A stretch of DNA of 64,000 nucleotides from an uncultured Spirochaetota bacterium (GCA_963845535.1 CAWJSK010000018.1:119824-183823), one strand, 5' to 3'. Shown: positions 1 to 9,325, counted from the stretch's first letter. The notes: generated by a model from the sequence alone, not told the origin. Numbers and translations are program-made.

Positions 1-490
1 CCTTTTCAACCGCCGTTATATGGAGGAGACGCTGGAGCTGGAGATCAGCCGGGCCGAACGCAAGGAGCACGCCATTGGAGTCATCATGCTGGACATCGAC
101 CATTTCAAGACTTTCAACGACAGGTTCGGGCACGCCGCGGGAGATGAGCTTCTGCAGTCACTGGGGCAGCTCATCCGAACGAACCTGCGCGCGGGAGACG
201 TCGCGTGCCGCTATGGAGGCGAAGAGTTCGTCCTCATCATGCCCGAGGCATCGGAGGAGGCCGCCCAGCGCAGGGCGGAAGAGCTTCGGGTCCACGCGCA
301 TGAGATGGAGGTCAGGCACCTGGACACCGTGCTCGGCCCCGTCAGCCTCTCCCTGGGCGTGGGACTCTACCCGGATCATGGAAGGACGCGGGATGCCATC
401 CTTGCCGCCGCGGACGCCGCGCTCTACAAGGCCAAGCAGGCGGGACGGGACAGGGTGGTGATTGCCGTGGATGGTTGGGAAAATGGATGA
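1..490 (+). CDS. Diguanylate cyclase (GGDEF), 5'-truncated by the window edge
   Basis: The frame is open from position 2 (LFNRRYMEE...). It contains DIDHFK-FND-FGHAAGD, RYGGEEF and ADAALYKAK. Confidence 0.93.
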   Translation, partial: LFNRRYMEETLELEISRAERKEHAIGVIMLDIDHFKTFNDRFGHAAGDELLQSLGQLIRTNLRAGDVACRYGGEEFVLIMPEASEEAAQRRAEELRVHAHEMEVRHLDTVLGPVSLSLGVGLYPDHGRTRDAILAAADAALYKAKQAGRDRVVIAVDGWENG

Positions 491-570
491 CGACCGGAGA
501 ATGGCTGGGACGCGTCGTCATCAGGAGCGCCTGAGGATTTCTCGTGGCGGATGACCACACCGAAAGTCTT

Positions 571-2067
571 CTACGCCGCCGCTTTTGCTTCTTTTCTCCG
601 CGAGCCAAAGCGAGCGGCCTGAAAGACGGGGGTGAGGAGCGACGTCAGCGCCAGGTTGATGACCAAGGACGACAACGCGGAGTAAATGCCGAAGCCGTGG
701 CCGCCAATGACGAACGTGTATACCGAGGAGTTGTGCGCCGCTGCGAACATCGAGATGCCGCTGGCAATCCCCGCGACCCACCCCGCCACCAGCGCCCATT
801 TGTGGAACCATTTCGTGAACAGCCCCAGGAAAACCGACGGAAGGGTCTGGATGATGATGATTCCGCCGAGCAGCTGCAAGTTGATGATGAACGTCGTGGG
901 CACGAAGAAGATGAAAAGGAGCGCCCCAAGCTTCACGACCAGAGACGCAATGCGGGCGACGTTCGTCTCCTCCCCGCTCGAGTAGTTGGGGCGGAGGTAA
1001 GGGCGGTAGATATTCCGCGTGAACAGGTTGGCCGCGGCAATCGACATGATGGAGGCGGGAACCATGGCCCCGATGGAGATGGCCGCGAAGCAGAAGCCGG
1101 CGAACCATGACGGGAACTGCTGCGCAATCAGAGCAGGGACAATCCCGTTTGCCCCATACGCCTTCGGCGGTGTCACGTGGGCGGCGATGGCCATGTAGCC
1201 CAGGAGCGCCAGCAGGCCGAGCAGGAGGGAGTAGGCGGGCAGGAAGGCCGCGTTGCGCTTGACCACCTCCGGGCTTCCGCTGGCCAGGGTGCCGGTCAGG
1301 GAGTGCGGGTAGAGAAAAAGCGCCAGCGCTGAGCCCAGCACGAGCGTTGCATACGGCATGAACTGCGCAGGGGCCAGGAGGAAGTGGAACGTGGGGGTCT
1401 GGACCGCGCGCTGGCGCGCCGCGGCGAAGATCGGGCCGAACCCTCCCAGCGCCATCGGTATGGCGATGATGGTCGCAAGAAGCACGATGAAGATCATTGC
1501 GTCCTTGACCATCGCTATGAGCGCTGGCGCGCGCAGGCCGCTCGTGTAGGTGTAGGCGGCGAGAATGAGGAACGCGACGACAAGCGCAATTTCAGGGTTG
1601 ATCCCCATCTGGGCAACGGATACGGCAATCCCGAACATCTGAAGCGCTATGTACGGCATGGTTGCTACAATGCCTGTGATGGCCACGATGAAAGCCAGCG
1701 TCTTGCTGCCCGTCTGTCCTTCCACGAAATCCGACGGCGTGACGTATCCCTTCGCTTTGCACACCGACCAGAACCGGGGCAGCACGATGAATGCAAGCGG
1801 GTAGATGAGCACGGTGTAGGGAACGGCAAAGAAGCCCATGGCGCCCGCGGCGAACACGAGGCCGGGGACTGCAACGAAGGTATAGGCCGTGTAGAGATCT
1901 CCGCCCAGGAGGAACCACGTGATGACCGTGCCGAACCTTCGGCCGGCAAGACCCCATTCCTCCAGCGTCTTGAGGTTCCCCCGCTTCCACCGGGCCGCGA
2001 CGAACCCGATGACTGTCACCAGGAGGAAAAAGAAGATGAAGACAATAAGAGCCACCCAGTCGATCAT
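571..2067 (-). CDS. Sodium:solute symporter, MctP/YhjB-like
   Basis: Multi-TM protein with EEWGLAGRRFG and WFLLGGDLYTAYTF motifs, preceded by a DUF3311 partner. Likely start is MIDWVAL at 2067. Confidence 0.9.
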   Translation of the reverse strand: MIDWVALIVFIFFFLLVTVIGFVAARWKRGNLKTLEEWGLAGRRFGTVITWFLLGGDLYTAYTFVAVPGLVFAAGAMGFFAVPYTVLIYPLAFIVLPRFWSVCKAKGYVTPSDFVEGQTGSKTLAFIVAITGIVATMPYIALQMFGIAVSVAQMGINPEIALVVAFLILAAYTYTSGLRAPALIAMVKDAMIFIVLLATIIAIPMALGGFGPIFAAARQRAVQTPTFHFLLAPAQFMPYATLVLGSALALFLYPHSLTGTLASGSPEVVKRNAAFLPAYSLLLGLLALLGYMAIAAHVTPPKAYGANGIVPALIAQQFPSWFAGFCFAAISIGAMVPASIMSIAAANLFTRNIYRPYLRPNYSSGEETNVARIASLVVKLGALLFIFFVPTTFIINLQLLGGIIIIQTLPSVFLGLFTKWFHKWALVAGWVAGIASGISMFAAAHNSSVYTFVIGGHGFGIYSALSSLVINLALTSLLTPVFQAARFGSRRKEAKAAA

Positions 2068-2092
2068 AGGAAATGCCCTCCGCTGAAATGCC

Positions 2093-2293
2093 TCATGCCC
2101 TGCCCAGATAGGCAATGAGCGTGAGACAGACGGTTACGATGATCGATGCGAGCTGAAACCAGTAGAAGAACGGAATCCCGACCAGCTCGGGCTGTTCCAT
2201 GTTGTAGAAAGGCGGCCACAGCAGGGCCACGAACGGTATCAGAAAGAGGAGAAGGAGCCATCCCGCCCCTTTCCTCGGACGACGATCAGCCAT
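2093..2293 (-). CDS. DUF3311 small membrane protein (symporter accessory subunit)
   Basis: Two TM helices with PPFYN-x-P-x-L-GIPFFYWFQL, directly upstream of the symporter gene. Confidence 0.85.
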   Translation of the reverse strand: MADRRPRKGAGWLLLLFLIPFVALLWPPFYNMEQPELVGIPFFYWFQLASIIVTVCLTLIAYLGRA

Positions 2294-2352
2294 GGCGTTT
2301 CTCCTGATGCACAAAATATGAAGGCGGGCTCCGCCCGGTCAAACCGGAATGG

Positions 2353-3701
2353 TCACTTTTCGGTAACAACGGGCCGCAAATGTCGTCCTCGAGGTTTCCC
2401 AACAACGGCCCCGTCCTGAAAGACGGTTTCTCCTCTCAGGATTGTGCGGCGCACGGAACCGCACAACGCGCGTCCGACGTATGGGCTCAAACGGTGACGG
2501 TCCAGCAGCTCGCCTTCGCTGACCGGCTGTCGTGACAGACAGGTCCACAAGGGCCAGATCCGCGTCCACGCCTTCGCGGATCCCTCCCTTGCCGGGAAGC
2601 CGGAAGCGCCTCGCCACGTTGTCGGAAACGAGCCCTGCTATCAGGGGCATGGGAAGCTCGAGGGTCAGCAGCGCCCGAAGCGTGGCTTGAGCCCCGCTGA
2701 TCCCTCCCCAGACCTTGAAGAAGTCGGGGTCTTTCTTCATTTCCGGGGGCGAAGGGGAATGGTCGGAGCCGATCGTATCCACGTGCCCCGAGGCCACCTC
2801 CCCGAGGAGAAGCTGGCGTTCGGCGACAGGCCGAAGCGGCGGCGCGCATTTGGCTCTGGCTCCCAACCTTTCCACGTCTTCCGCGCAGAGGAGAAGGTAG
2901 TGCGGGCACGTCTCACAGGTGGCGTCGCAGAGCCCGGCCTCCACTGCCTGGCGGATCAGCCTCACGCCGCGCGCCGAGCTGGTGTGGACCACGTGGAGCG
3001 CGCAGCCGGTGTCCTCCGCGAACGCAAGCGCCCGAGAGATGGCCTCTGCTTCAGCGGCAATTGGCCGGGAGTCCAGGTAGTCCCGCACCGATGTGCGGCC
3101 TTCCGCGCGCGCCCGTGAGGAGAGGGCGCTCGTCATCCCGTCGTTCTCCGCGTGGACTGCAACAGGGAAGACCCAGTCGCGCCGCAATCCGCATCCCCCG
3201 GTAGAGAGACTCATCATCGCAGCGGAGAAAGTCGTCGATCCCGCTCCCGGACATGAATGCCTTGAAGCCCACGACTCCGCGCTCGGCAAGGGCTTCGAGC
3301 TGGTCGAGGTTATCAGGAGTGAGCCCGCCCCAGAGGGCGAAATCAGCGAAAGCCCGTCCGCTGCAGGCGGCAAGCTTCAGGTCGAAGGACCTCGCATTCA
3401 GCGTCGGCGGAGAGGAGTTCAGCGGCATGTCGATGAAGCACGTCCCGCCGCCGGCAACAAGGGCGCTTGAACCGCTGGGAACGCCTTCCCACGAATCACG
3501 GCCGGGGTCGTTGAAGTGGACGTGAGCGTCGAGGACCCCGGGAAAAACGTGGAGGCCTCGGGCATCAATCACCTCCCGAGCCGGGCCGGATACCTCCGGC
3601 GCCAGGGAGGCAATCCGTCCGTCATCGATTGCGATATCCAGCCGGCCCACACCGGAAGCCTGGACCACCTGGCCGCCTCTGATCAGGGAATCGAATGCCA
3701 T
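2353..3701 (-). pseudogene. allB: Allantoinase, split by two +1 frameshifts (about 3165-3167 and 2525-2531); real lesions or assembly errors
   Basis: Segments with PGVLDAHVHFNDPG/DMPLNSSP/GFKAF, then AVHAEND/HVVHTSS/CETCPHYL/KCAPPLR/SDHSP, then HRLSPYVG/TILRG lie in three consecutive frames. Located in the urate operon. Confidence 0.88.
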
Positions 3702-3705
3702 GGCC

Positions 3706-4050
3706 TCAGCTCCCCCGGTAGGTGGAATAGGACCACGGTGAGACGAGCAGCGGCACGTGGTATTTTCCCTCCGGGTCATCCACCACGAAGACCACCGGCA
3801 CCTTCTCCAGGAACCGGCCGGCGTCAGGCTCCCCGCGGCTTCGAAAATACTCGCCAACGTGGAAGACGAGCCTGTACGTGCCGGCGGTCAGAGCGCCGCC
3901 CTCGAGGAGCGGAGAGTCCGTTCGGCCTTCGGCGTTCGTGGTTGCGCCGGCGAGCTCCCTCTGGTCTTTCTCCCGCGAAAGCTCTATGCGCATGCCGCGC
4001 GCGGGAGCGCCGCGGCTGGTATCCAGGACGTGCGTCGTCAGCCTTCCCAT
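3706..4050 (-). CDS. uraH: 5-hydroxyisourate hydrolase (transthyretin-like)
   Basis: LTTHVLDT, YHVPLLVSP and the C-terminal YRGS signature. Confidence 0.96.
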   Translation of the reverse strand: MGRLTTHVLDTSRGAPARGMRIELSREKDQRELAGATTNAEGRTDSPLLEGGALTAGTYRLVFHVGEYFRSRGEPDAGRFLEKVPVVFVVDDPEGKYHVPLLVSPWSYSTYRGS

Positions 4051-4895
4051 TTTCCATCCCTCGCGACGGTTCCCTTGATCAACCCGTACGGCTCGCTCGT
4101 AGCCACGAAAATCTCGTTGGGGTTGTCCAAACCGAAGGGCCCCAGGTTCACGAGAAGCCGATGCTGGTTCGGCATGGTGAGGCTGACGGAAACTATCTGG
4201 GGCAGCCTCGACAGCAGCTCCTCACCCATGGCGAAGATGGTCTGCTGGACGCTTGCACTGTGGTGTCGGGCAAACGTCTCCAGAAGCGCAGAGCGGGCGG
4301 TTTCGAACACTTCGGGAAGCGGCTCCAAAGCGGAGGCGTACTGCCAGGTCGCATCGATTCTCGTCGCAAAGATCCGGTCTTGCGTTTCCTGGAGGGTCGT
4401 GTAGCTGCCCTTGAAGAAGCCCCCAAACCCGGACCGCGTGGTCTTGATGACCTCCAGTCCCTTGATGCCTCCGTGCGCGCGGGAGGCGCCCGCACGTTCG
4501 AGCCTCACCTGGCAGGTCCGGGTACCTGGTCCGCCGCGGGTGAAGGAGTGGGGATGCGGGGCGCCATCCACCGTGATGCGCGCCCACGGCTCCTCCTCGA
4601 TCGACACCTCCGTCCATGACACCTGGTCGAACGTGAGAAAGTGCCTGGCGAGGATCCCGGCAAAAGCCTCGGGGGAATCGAAATCGTGCTTGCGGGCCAG
4701 GGCGTAGACCGTGTTCTTCATCGTATCCGTGGGGATGCAGGATGAGTTGTCTCCCGCCGTGTAGACCTGATCGAAAGAGCCACCCATCATGATCTGAACG
4801 ACAAGCTCGTGAAGGGTATGCGTCTCTCCCGCGCGGACCACCTTTGTCAGTCGAATGTCGCTCTTGCCGTACGAGTTGTCAGCCAGTCGGACCAT
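4038..4895 (-). CDS. pucL: Cofactor-independent urate oxidase (uricase)
   Basis: YGK, GDNS-x-IPTDTMKNTVY, KTT-x-SGF, SASVQ, MPNQH and PYGLI motifs. Confidence 0.96.
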   Translation of the reverse strand: MVRLADNSYGKSDIRLTKVVRAGETHTLHELVVQIMMGGSFDQVYTAGDNSSCIPTDTMKNTVYALARKHDFDSPEAFAGILARHFLTFDQVSWTEVSIEEEPWARITVDGAPHPHSFTRGGPGTRTCQVRLERAGASRAHGGIKGLEVIKTTRSGFGGFFKGSYTTLQETQDRIFATRIDATWQYASALEPLPEVFETARSALLETFARHHSASVQQTIFAMGEELLSRLPQIVSVSLTMPNQHRLLVNLGPFGLDNPNEIFVATSEPYGLIKGTVARDGKWEG

Positions 4896-5432
4896 TTATT
4901 CCTCCGTGACGGCGTCCTTCAGGCGCAGCCATGCAATTTTTGCGATTTCCGTGAGCGCGGTGCCGATCTCCTGGTCACGGGACTGCGCCAGCCGTCGCGG
5001 GAAAGCCTCCAGGATGGCTTCCTTGCGGTTCTCCCGCGCGCAGATCACGAACGGGAAGCCAAACCTGTCATGGTACTCCTCGTTGTATTCCCGGAAGCGA
5101 TCCGCCTCTTCCTTTGTCAGCGAGCCCAGGCCGGCGGCTGATTGCTCCCGCGCGGAGGCCGCGCTCAGGGGCAGGCCCGACCTCGCCTGCGCCGCGAGCC
5201 TTCCCACGAGGTCCGGATGCGCGCAAATCAGGCCGATTTTCTCTTCCGCAGCCGCTTTCTCCACCGTGGAGACGAGCTCCCGGTGGAGCGCCGAGAGGGA
5301 GGCAAACGGCCGGCGCGCCCAGGTTCGAGCAGCCACCCAGGGGGAGCGCTCGAAGATGGCGCCGCACACGCTGAGAAACCCTCGAAGGCTTTCATCGTTC
5401 AGCTTTGAAAGCGTGACCGCCCGACCGCTCAT
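4896..5432 (-). CDS. uraD: OHCU decarboxylase
   Basis: FERSPWVA, AHPDL, SAREQSAAGL, FGFPFVIC and IAWLRL motifs. Confidence 0.95.
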   Translation of the reverse strand: MSGRAVTLSKLNDESLRGFLSVCGAIFERSPWVAARTWARRPFASLSALHRELVSTVEKAAAEEKIGLICAHPDLVGRLAAQARSGLPLSAASAREQSAAGLGSLTKEEADRFREYNEEYHDRFGFPFVICARENRKEAILEAFPRRLAQSRDQEIGTALTEIAKIAWLRLKDAVTEE

Positions 5433-6694
5433 GAGTGAAAAGTCTCAACCAGAATCCGGGCCGCAAGGGCAATGTGCTCGATGCTGCTGAACTCCGTCGG
5501 GTTGTGGCTTATCCCGTCCTTGCTCGCCACAAACAGCATTGCCGCCGGCAAGAAAGGGGCAAGGATGGCCGTGTCATGGAGGGCGCCGCTCGTTGCCTCC
5601 GGGAGCCGGATGTCCAGTCTCCCCGCGGCTTCGTGGAGCAGGCTGCACACTCCCGGGTCAAGCGGCACGGAAGGCAACTGCTCCGTGCAGCCGATTTCGA
5701 TCTCCAACCCTCGTCCCGCTGCCGCGCGCGTGAGTTGACTGCGAAGGCGTTTGTCTCCCTGTTGGAGAACGTGATCGGAAGGGGAACGAAAGTCGATGGT
5801 GAATCTGACGCGGCCGGGAATCACGTTGACCGCGTTCGGATGCACGTCCAGCCGGCCGACCGTGATCACCGTATGGTCCGCCTCCCTATCCAGCTCCCGG
5901 CCCAGGGACTCCAGGAGACCCATGCATTCCGCGGCGCCGGCAAGGGCATCCCGGCGATCGCTCATCTTCGTGGAGCCCGCGTGATTGCCGGCGCCCGTGA
6001 GCGAGCACAGGTACTGTCGGCGGCCGTTGATGCCGGTGACGACGGCAAGCGGCTCTCCCACCTTCCACAGCCGAAGCCCCTGCTCGACGTGCACTTCGAC
6101 GAGCCCCCGGTAGCGTACCGCGGAAAAGCGCTCTGCCCCAAGGCGCTCGGGGGCCACGCCGTGGTCTGCCCCGGCGCTGAGGTAGTCCCTGCCCTCCGCG
6201 TTGCGAATGGATCGAAGCTGGGCAGCATCCAGGGTCCCCGCCCACGCCTTGCTCCCCAGCATCCCGAGGCCGAAGGTGGTCCCTTCCTCCTCGGCAAAGA
6301 CGATGAGCTCCATGGGGGCATCCGGGGCCGCCCGAAGCACTTCCAGCGCGGCCACGACTCCGACAACGCCGTCGTACTTGCCACCGGTGGGGACCGAGTC
6401 CACGTGAGAGCCGCAGAGCCATGCTGGGACGTCCCAACCCAGACGGGCCGGCCTGGCATGCGCGTTGCCCGCCGCATCCACGCGCGTCAGGCAGCCGGCT
6501 TCCTCTGCCGCATGGATCACGTAGTCGCGAGCTTTCCTCCAGGACGGGGAAAAGGTGGGCCTGCTGTAGCCGATCTTCGGGTCCACCTCAGAGAAGCCGG
6601 CAATCGCTTCGATGTCCCGGGCCAGTCGCCTGCTGTCCACGGCGGCAGCGGGCGTGGCGGCAGCGTGACCCTCGTGCCCCCGGGCAGGCGTCAT
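5429..6694 (-). CDS. allC: M20-family amidohydrolase, probable allantoate amidohydrolase
   Basis: GSHVDSVPTGGKYDG, EEEG, EVHVEQG, HAGST, SGALHD and GISHNP motifs. The start ATG overlaps the upstream stop (ATGA at 6691-6694). Operon context supports the call. Confidence 0.8.
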   Translation of the reverse strand: MTPARGHEGHAAATPAAAVDSRRLARDIEAIAGFSEVDPKIGYSRPTFSPSWRKARDYVIHAAEEAGCLTRVDAAGNAHARPARLGWDVPAWLCGSHVDSVPTGGKYDGVVGVVAALEVLRAAPDAPMELIVFAEEEGTTFGLGMLGSKAWAGTLDAAQLRSIRNAEGRDYLSAGADHGVAPERLGAERFSAVRYRGLVEVHVEQGLRLWKVGEPLAVVTGINGRRQYLCSLTGAGNHAGSTKMSDRRDALAGAAECMGLLESLGRELDREADHTVITVGRLDVHPNAVNVIPGRVRFTIDFRSPSDHVLQQGDKRLRSQLTRAAAGRGLEIEIGCTEQLPSVPLDPGVCSLLHEAAGRLDIRLPEATSGALHDTAILAPFLPAAMLFVASKDGISHNPTEFSSIEHIALAARILVETFHS

Positions 6695-7671
6695 TTCCCG
6701 AAGTCCTTGCGCCACTGGGTCCCCGTGCGCTCCATCTCGGTTTCCGCCGCGGTCCTGCGCAGCCTGTGAAGCTGCGGCATCCCAAGCGCCCATTCCTGCA
6801 TCCAGTCGCGGGCAAAGATGCCCTTTTCCGTCTCATCGAAAATCTGCCGCACCGCCTGTTCGTTGATGACGCGCGGGCCGCGCGTCCTGACCGCGAACTC
6901 GCACGTGCGGCTGCTGCGGGTGGTCAGGTAGCTTTCGATGCCGTTTTCGTCCATGACGTCCATGACGCTGCGCAGGGAGCGCACCGCCTTCGCGTACGCG
7001 AAGCTCGGGGCGTAGCCGTTTTCCACCATGATCTGAAAGCACAACCTCATGAGCTGGATGGCCCCGCCGTAGAGGATCTGCTCCTCGAAGTTGTCCCCCT
7101 CTGTCTCGTGCTGGAAGGAAAGCTCCACCACGCCGGCTCGCGTGGACCCCACGGCCTTTGCGATTGCCAGAACGATCTGCCGCGCATCTCCCGTGGCGTC
7201 ATGCTCGACGCTGACGCACCCATAGACGCCCTCTCCCTTCTTGTACTTTTCCCGAACGAAAGCGCCGGGGGCGTTGGGAACGAAGAGCACCGTGTTGACA
7301 TCCCGGGGCGGGCGGATGGCGCCATAGAGGACGTTGAACCCATGGCAGAAGCACAGCGTCTGGCCCGCGCGCAAAGAGGGGGCAATATCGGCCGCGTAGA
7401 GTGCGGGCTGGGCGGGGTCGGCGAGCTCGATGAGCAGGACATCCGCCTTTTTCGTTGCCTCCGCAATGCTCAAGGCGGCAAAGCCATCAGCCTGGGCCTG
7501 GCCGCGGGAGGCGCTCTGCTCAGGCGGCCGGGTCCCGACAACGACGGTGCACCCGCTGTCCCTGGCGTTTGCAGCCTGCACTTTGCCCTGGATGCCGTAG
7601 CCGATCACGGCAATGGTCTTGTCTTTCAGGATGCCGAGGTCAACGTCGGCGTCACGGTAGATTTTCTCCAT
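6691..7671 (-). CDS. Ketol-acid reductoisomerase (IlvC)-like NAD(P)-dependent oxidoreductase with a divergent active site
   Basis: Full-length class I KARI architecture (GYG-x-QG, RDSG, HGFN, ETExD..EQ, GYAP, GPRVI), but several conserved residues are altered. Embedded in the purine operon. Confidence 0.85.
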   Translation of the reverse strand: MEKIYRDADVDLGILKDKTIAVIGYGIQGKVQAANARDSGCTVVVGTRPPEQSASRGQAQADGFAALSIAEATKKADVLLIELADPAQPALYAADIAPSLRAGQTLCFCHGFNVLYGAIRPPRDVNTVLFVPNAPGAFVREKYKKGEGVYGCVSVEHDATGDARQIVLAIAKAVGSTRAGVVELSFQHETEGDNFEEQILYGGAIQLMRLCFQIMVENGYAPSFAYAKAVRSLRSVMDVMDENGIESYLTTRSSRTCEFAVRTRGPRVINEQAVRQIFDETEKGIFARDWMQEWALGMPQLHRLRRTAAETEMERTGTQWRKDFGK

Positions 7672-7681
7672 GGGGCCCCCT

Positions 7682-8437
7682 TTACAATGGAATCTCTCTG
7701 TTGACGTTCTTGTAATAAATGTAACGGGAAGGCTGCGGACCTGTTGCGTAGTAGCTCTGCGGACAGAAGGGGCCCATCCATATGAAGTCAGTGGCCTCCA
7801 CTTCCATCCACGACTCGCCCAGGAAATACACGCCCTTGCCCCGCAGTATGTACAGGCCGTGCTCCATCACGTGCGTTTCCGTCACGGGAAGGCTGTGGCC
7901 GGTGTCAAAGGTGAAGATGTTCATGGCCATGTCGAACGAGAGGTCGTTGGGAAGCAGCTCCTGAAGGCGGGCACCCGGGTCACCGTAGTAGATGGAGGCG
8001 GGGACGTCAGCCTGGTTTCCCACCAGGCTTGCGCATGGCGGGGAGACGCCCGCGGCCTCTTCGTAGCGCTTGCGAAGGAGAAGGAGACGCGTCTCTTCCG
8101 TTGCCTCGGCGAGGAAGCTGCTTTTCGATGAGACGAACGCGTACCCGCCTTCGCCCAGGAGGTGATCTCGGCCTTCGACCTTCACAGTCAGGCTGCCGGA
8201 GAGGACGTAGAAGAAGAACTCGATCCTTCCATCCGCGGCATGGGCTCCTGAGCCGCCCGCAGGCAGCTCCAGCATGTACTCGGCAAATCCGGCGCCCAAC
8301 GCCGGTCCGGCGAGCACGCGGACCTGGGCTTGCGGCCACTCGGGGAGACGGGAGAACGGTATGCCCTCCAAGGGAAGAACGGCGTAGCGGGGAGTCACTC
8401 GGGTGCGGCTGCCGAGAAGCTGGTCCTGGGCTCTCAT
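7682..8437 (-). CDS. allE: (S)-ureidoglycine aminohydrolase (bicupin)
   Basis: FDMAMNIFTF, ETHVMEHGLYIL, DFIWMGPFCPQ and YIYYKNVNR motifs. Confidence 0.93.
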   Translation of the reverse strand: MRAQDQLLGSRTRVTPRYAVLPLEGIPFSRLPEWPQAQVRVLAGPALGAGFAEYMLELPAGGSGAHAADGRIEFFFYVLSGSLTVKVEGRDHLLGEGGYAFVSSKSSFLAEATEETRLLLLRKRYEEAAGVSPPCASLVGNQADVPASIYYGDPGARLQELLPNDLSFDMAMNIFTFDTGHSLPVTETHVMEHGLYILRGKGVYFLGESWMEVEATDFIWMGPFCPQSYYATGPQPSRYIYYKNVNREIPL

Positions 8438-8581
8438 CGGTTCCTAATATAATCAAACAAACGCGGGGCGCGGGCGTGGGAGGCGCGCGGCGCCGCCGGC
8501 ATGGCCGCGCACATCGGGATGGGGTATACTCTTGGCGTGGCTCCGTGGAATGGACCGTGGCGCTCACGGTGTGGAGGGGCA

Positions 8582-9325
8582 ATGAAAAAGGCGATAGTGA
8601 TAATGGTCCTGCTGCTGCCAATCCAGGCCGTCTTTGCGGACGACATCTTCAGCTTTGCTGAGCACGGAACTCCGGCGCAGGTGCGCGCCGCCCTTACCGC
8701 GGGAGGGGACGCCAATCAGAAGGACAAGAAAGGGTGGACCCCGCTCATGCACGCGGCATGGCTCACCATGGACCCTGATGTCATCTCCACCCTGCTCGCC
8801 GCAGGCGCCCGGGTGGACGCGGCGGATGGCAAAGGCCAGACCGCGCTTCTCCTTGCCGCCCGGTCGAACGCGCGCGAGCAAGTCGTGTTGGCTCTCCTGG
8901 CCGCCGGGGCGAAGGTGAACGCACCGTCACGGGAAGGGGAAACGCCGCTCATGGCCGCGGCCGCGCACAACTCCAACCCCCGGGTCGCCCAGGCGCTTCT
9001 TTCCCACGGGGCGGAGGTGAACGCCCGCAACTCCGACGGCATGACGCCTCTCATGCTTGCCGCCATGCTGAATGGAGAGCGGCACATGATCCAGACGCTG
9101 GTTCACGGCGGCGCCCGGGTGAATGAACGCGGACCCGGCGGAAAGACCGCTCTCATGTATGCGGTCCAATTCACTATGAACCCCGAGGTCATCTCCGCTC
9201 TCCTGGTGGCGGGCGCGGATCGGAACCTGAAATCGGACGCCGGGCTTACCGCGTGGGACTACTCCAAGGCCAATCCCAATCTTGCGGGCACCTCCGTGCC
9301 GCTCGTCTTGAGGCCGGGGAAATAG
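8582..9325 (+). CDS. Exported ankyrin-repeat protein
   Basis: Signal peptide MKKAIVIMVLLLPIQAVFA, about 6 G-x-TPL/TAL ankyrin repeats and a GGAGG RBS. Confidence 0.9.
   Translation: MKKAIVIMVLLLPIQAVFADDIFSFAEHGTPAQVRAALTAGGDANQKDKKGWTPLMHAAWLTMDPDVISTLLAAGARVDAADGKGQTALLLAARSNAREQVVLALLAAGAKVNAPSREGETPLMAAAAHNSNPRVAQALLSHGAEVNARNSDGMTPLMLAAMLNGERHMIQTLVHGGARVNERGPGGKTALMYAVQFTMNPEVISALLVAGADRNLKSDAGLTAWDYSKANPNLAGTSVPLVLRPGK

Noticed and set aside
6691..7671. Annotating the gene as housekeeping ilvC
   Set aside because: Key catalytic motifs are altered and the context is purine catabolism with no ilv genes, so the symbol is withheld.
3516..7704. Long + strand ORFs (3516-4619, 5435-6769, 6421-7704) and similar antisense ORFs across the window
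   Set aside because: They are shadow frames of well-supported genes in high-GC DNA, with Arg/Pro/Gly-rich translations and no motifs.
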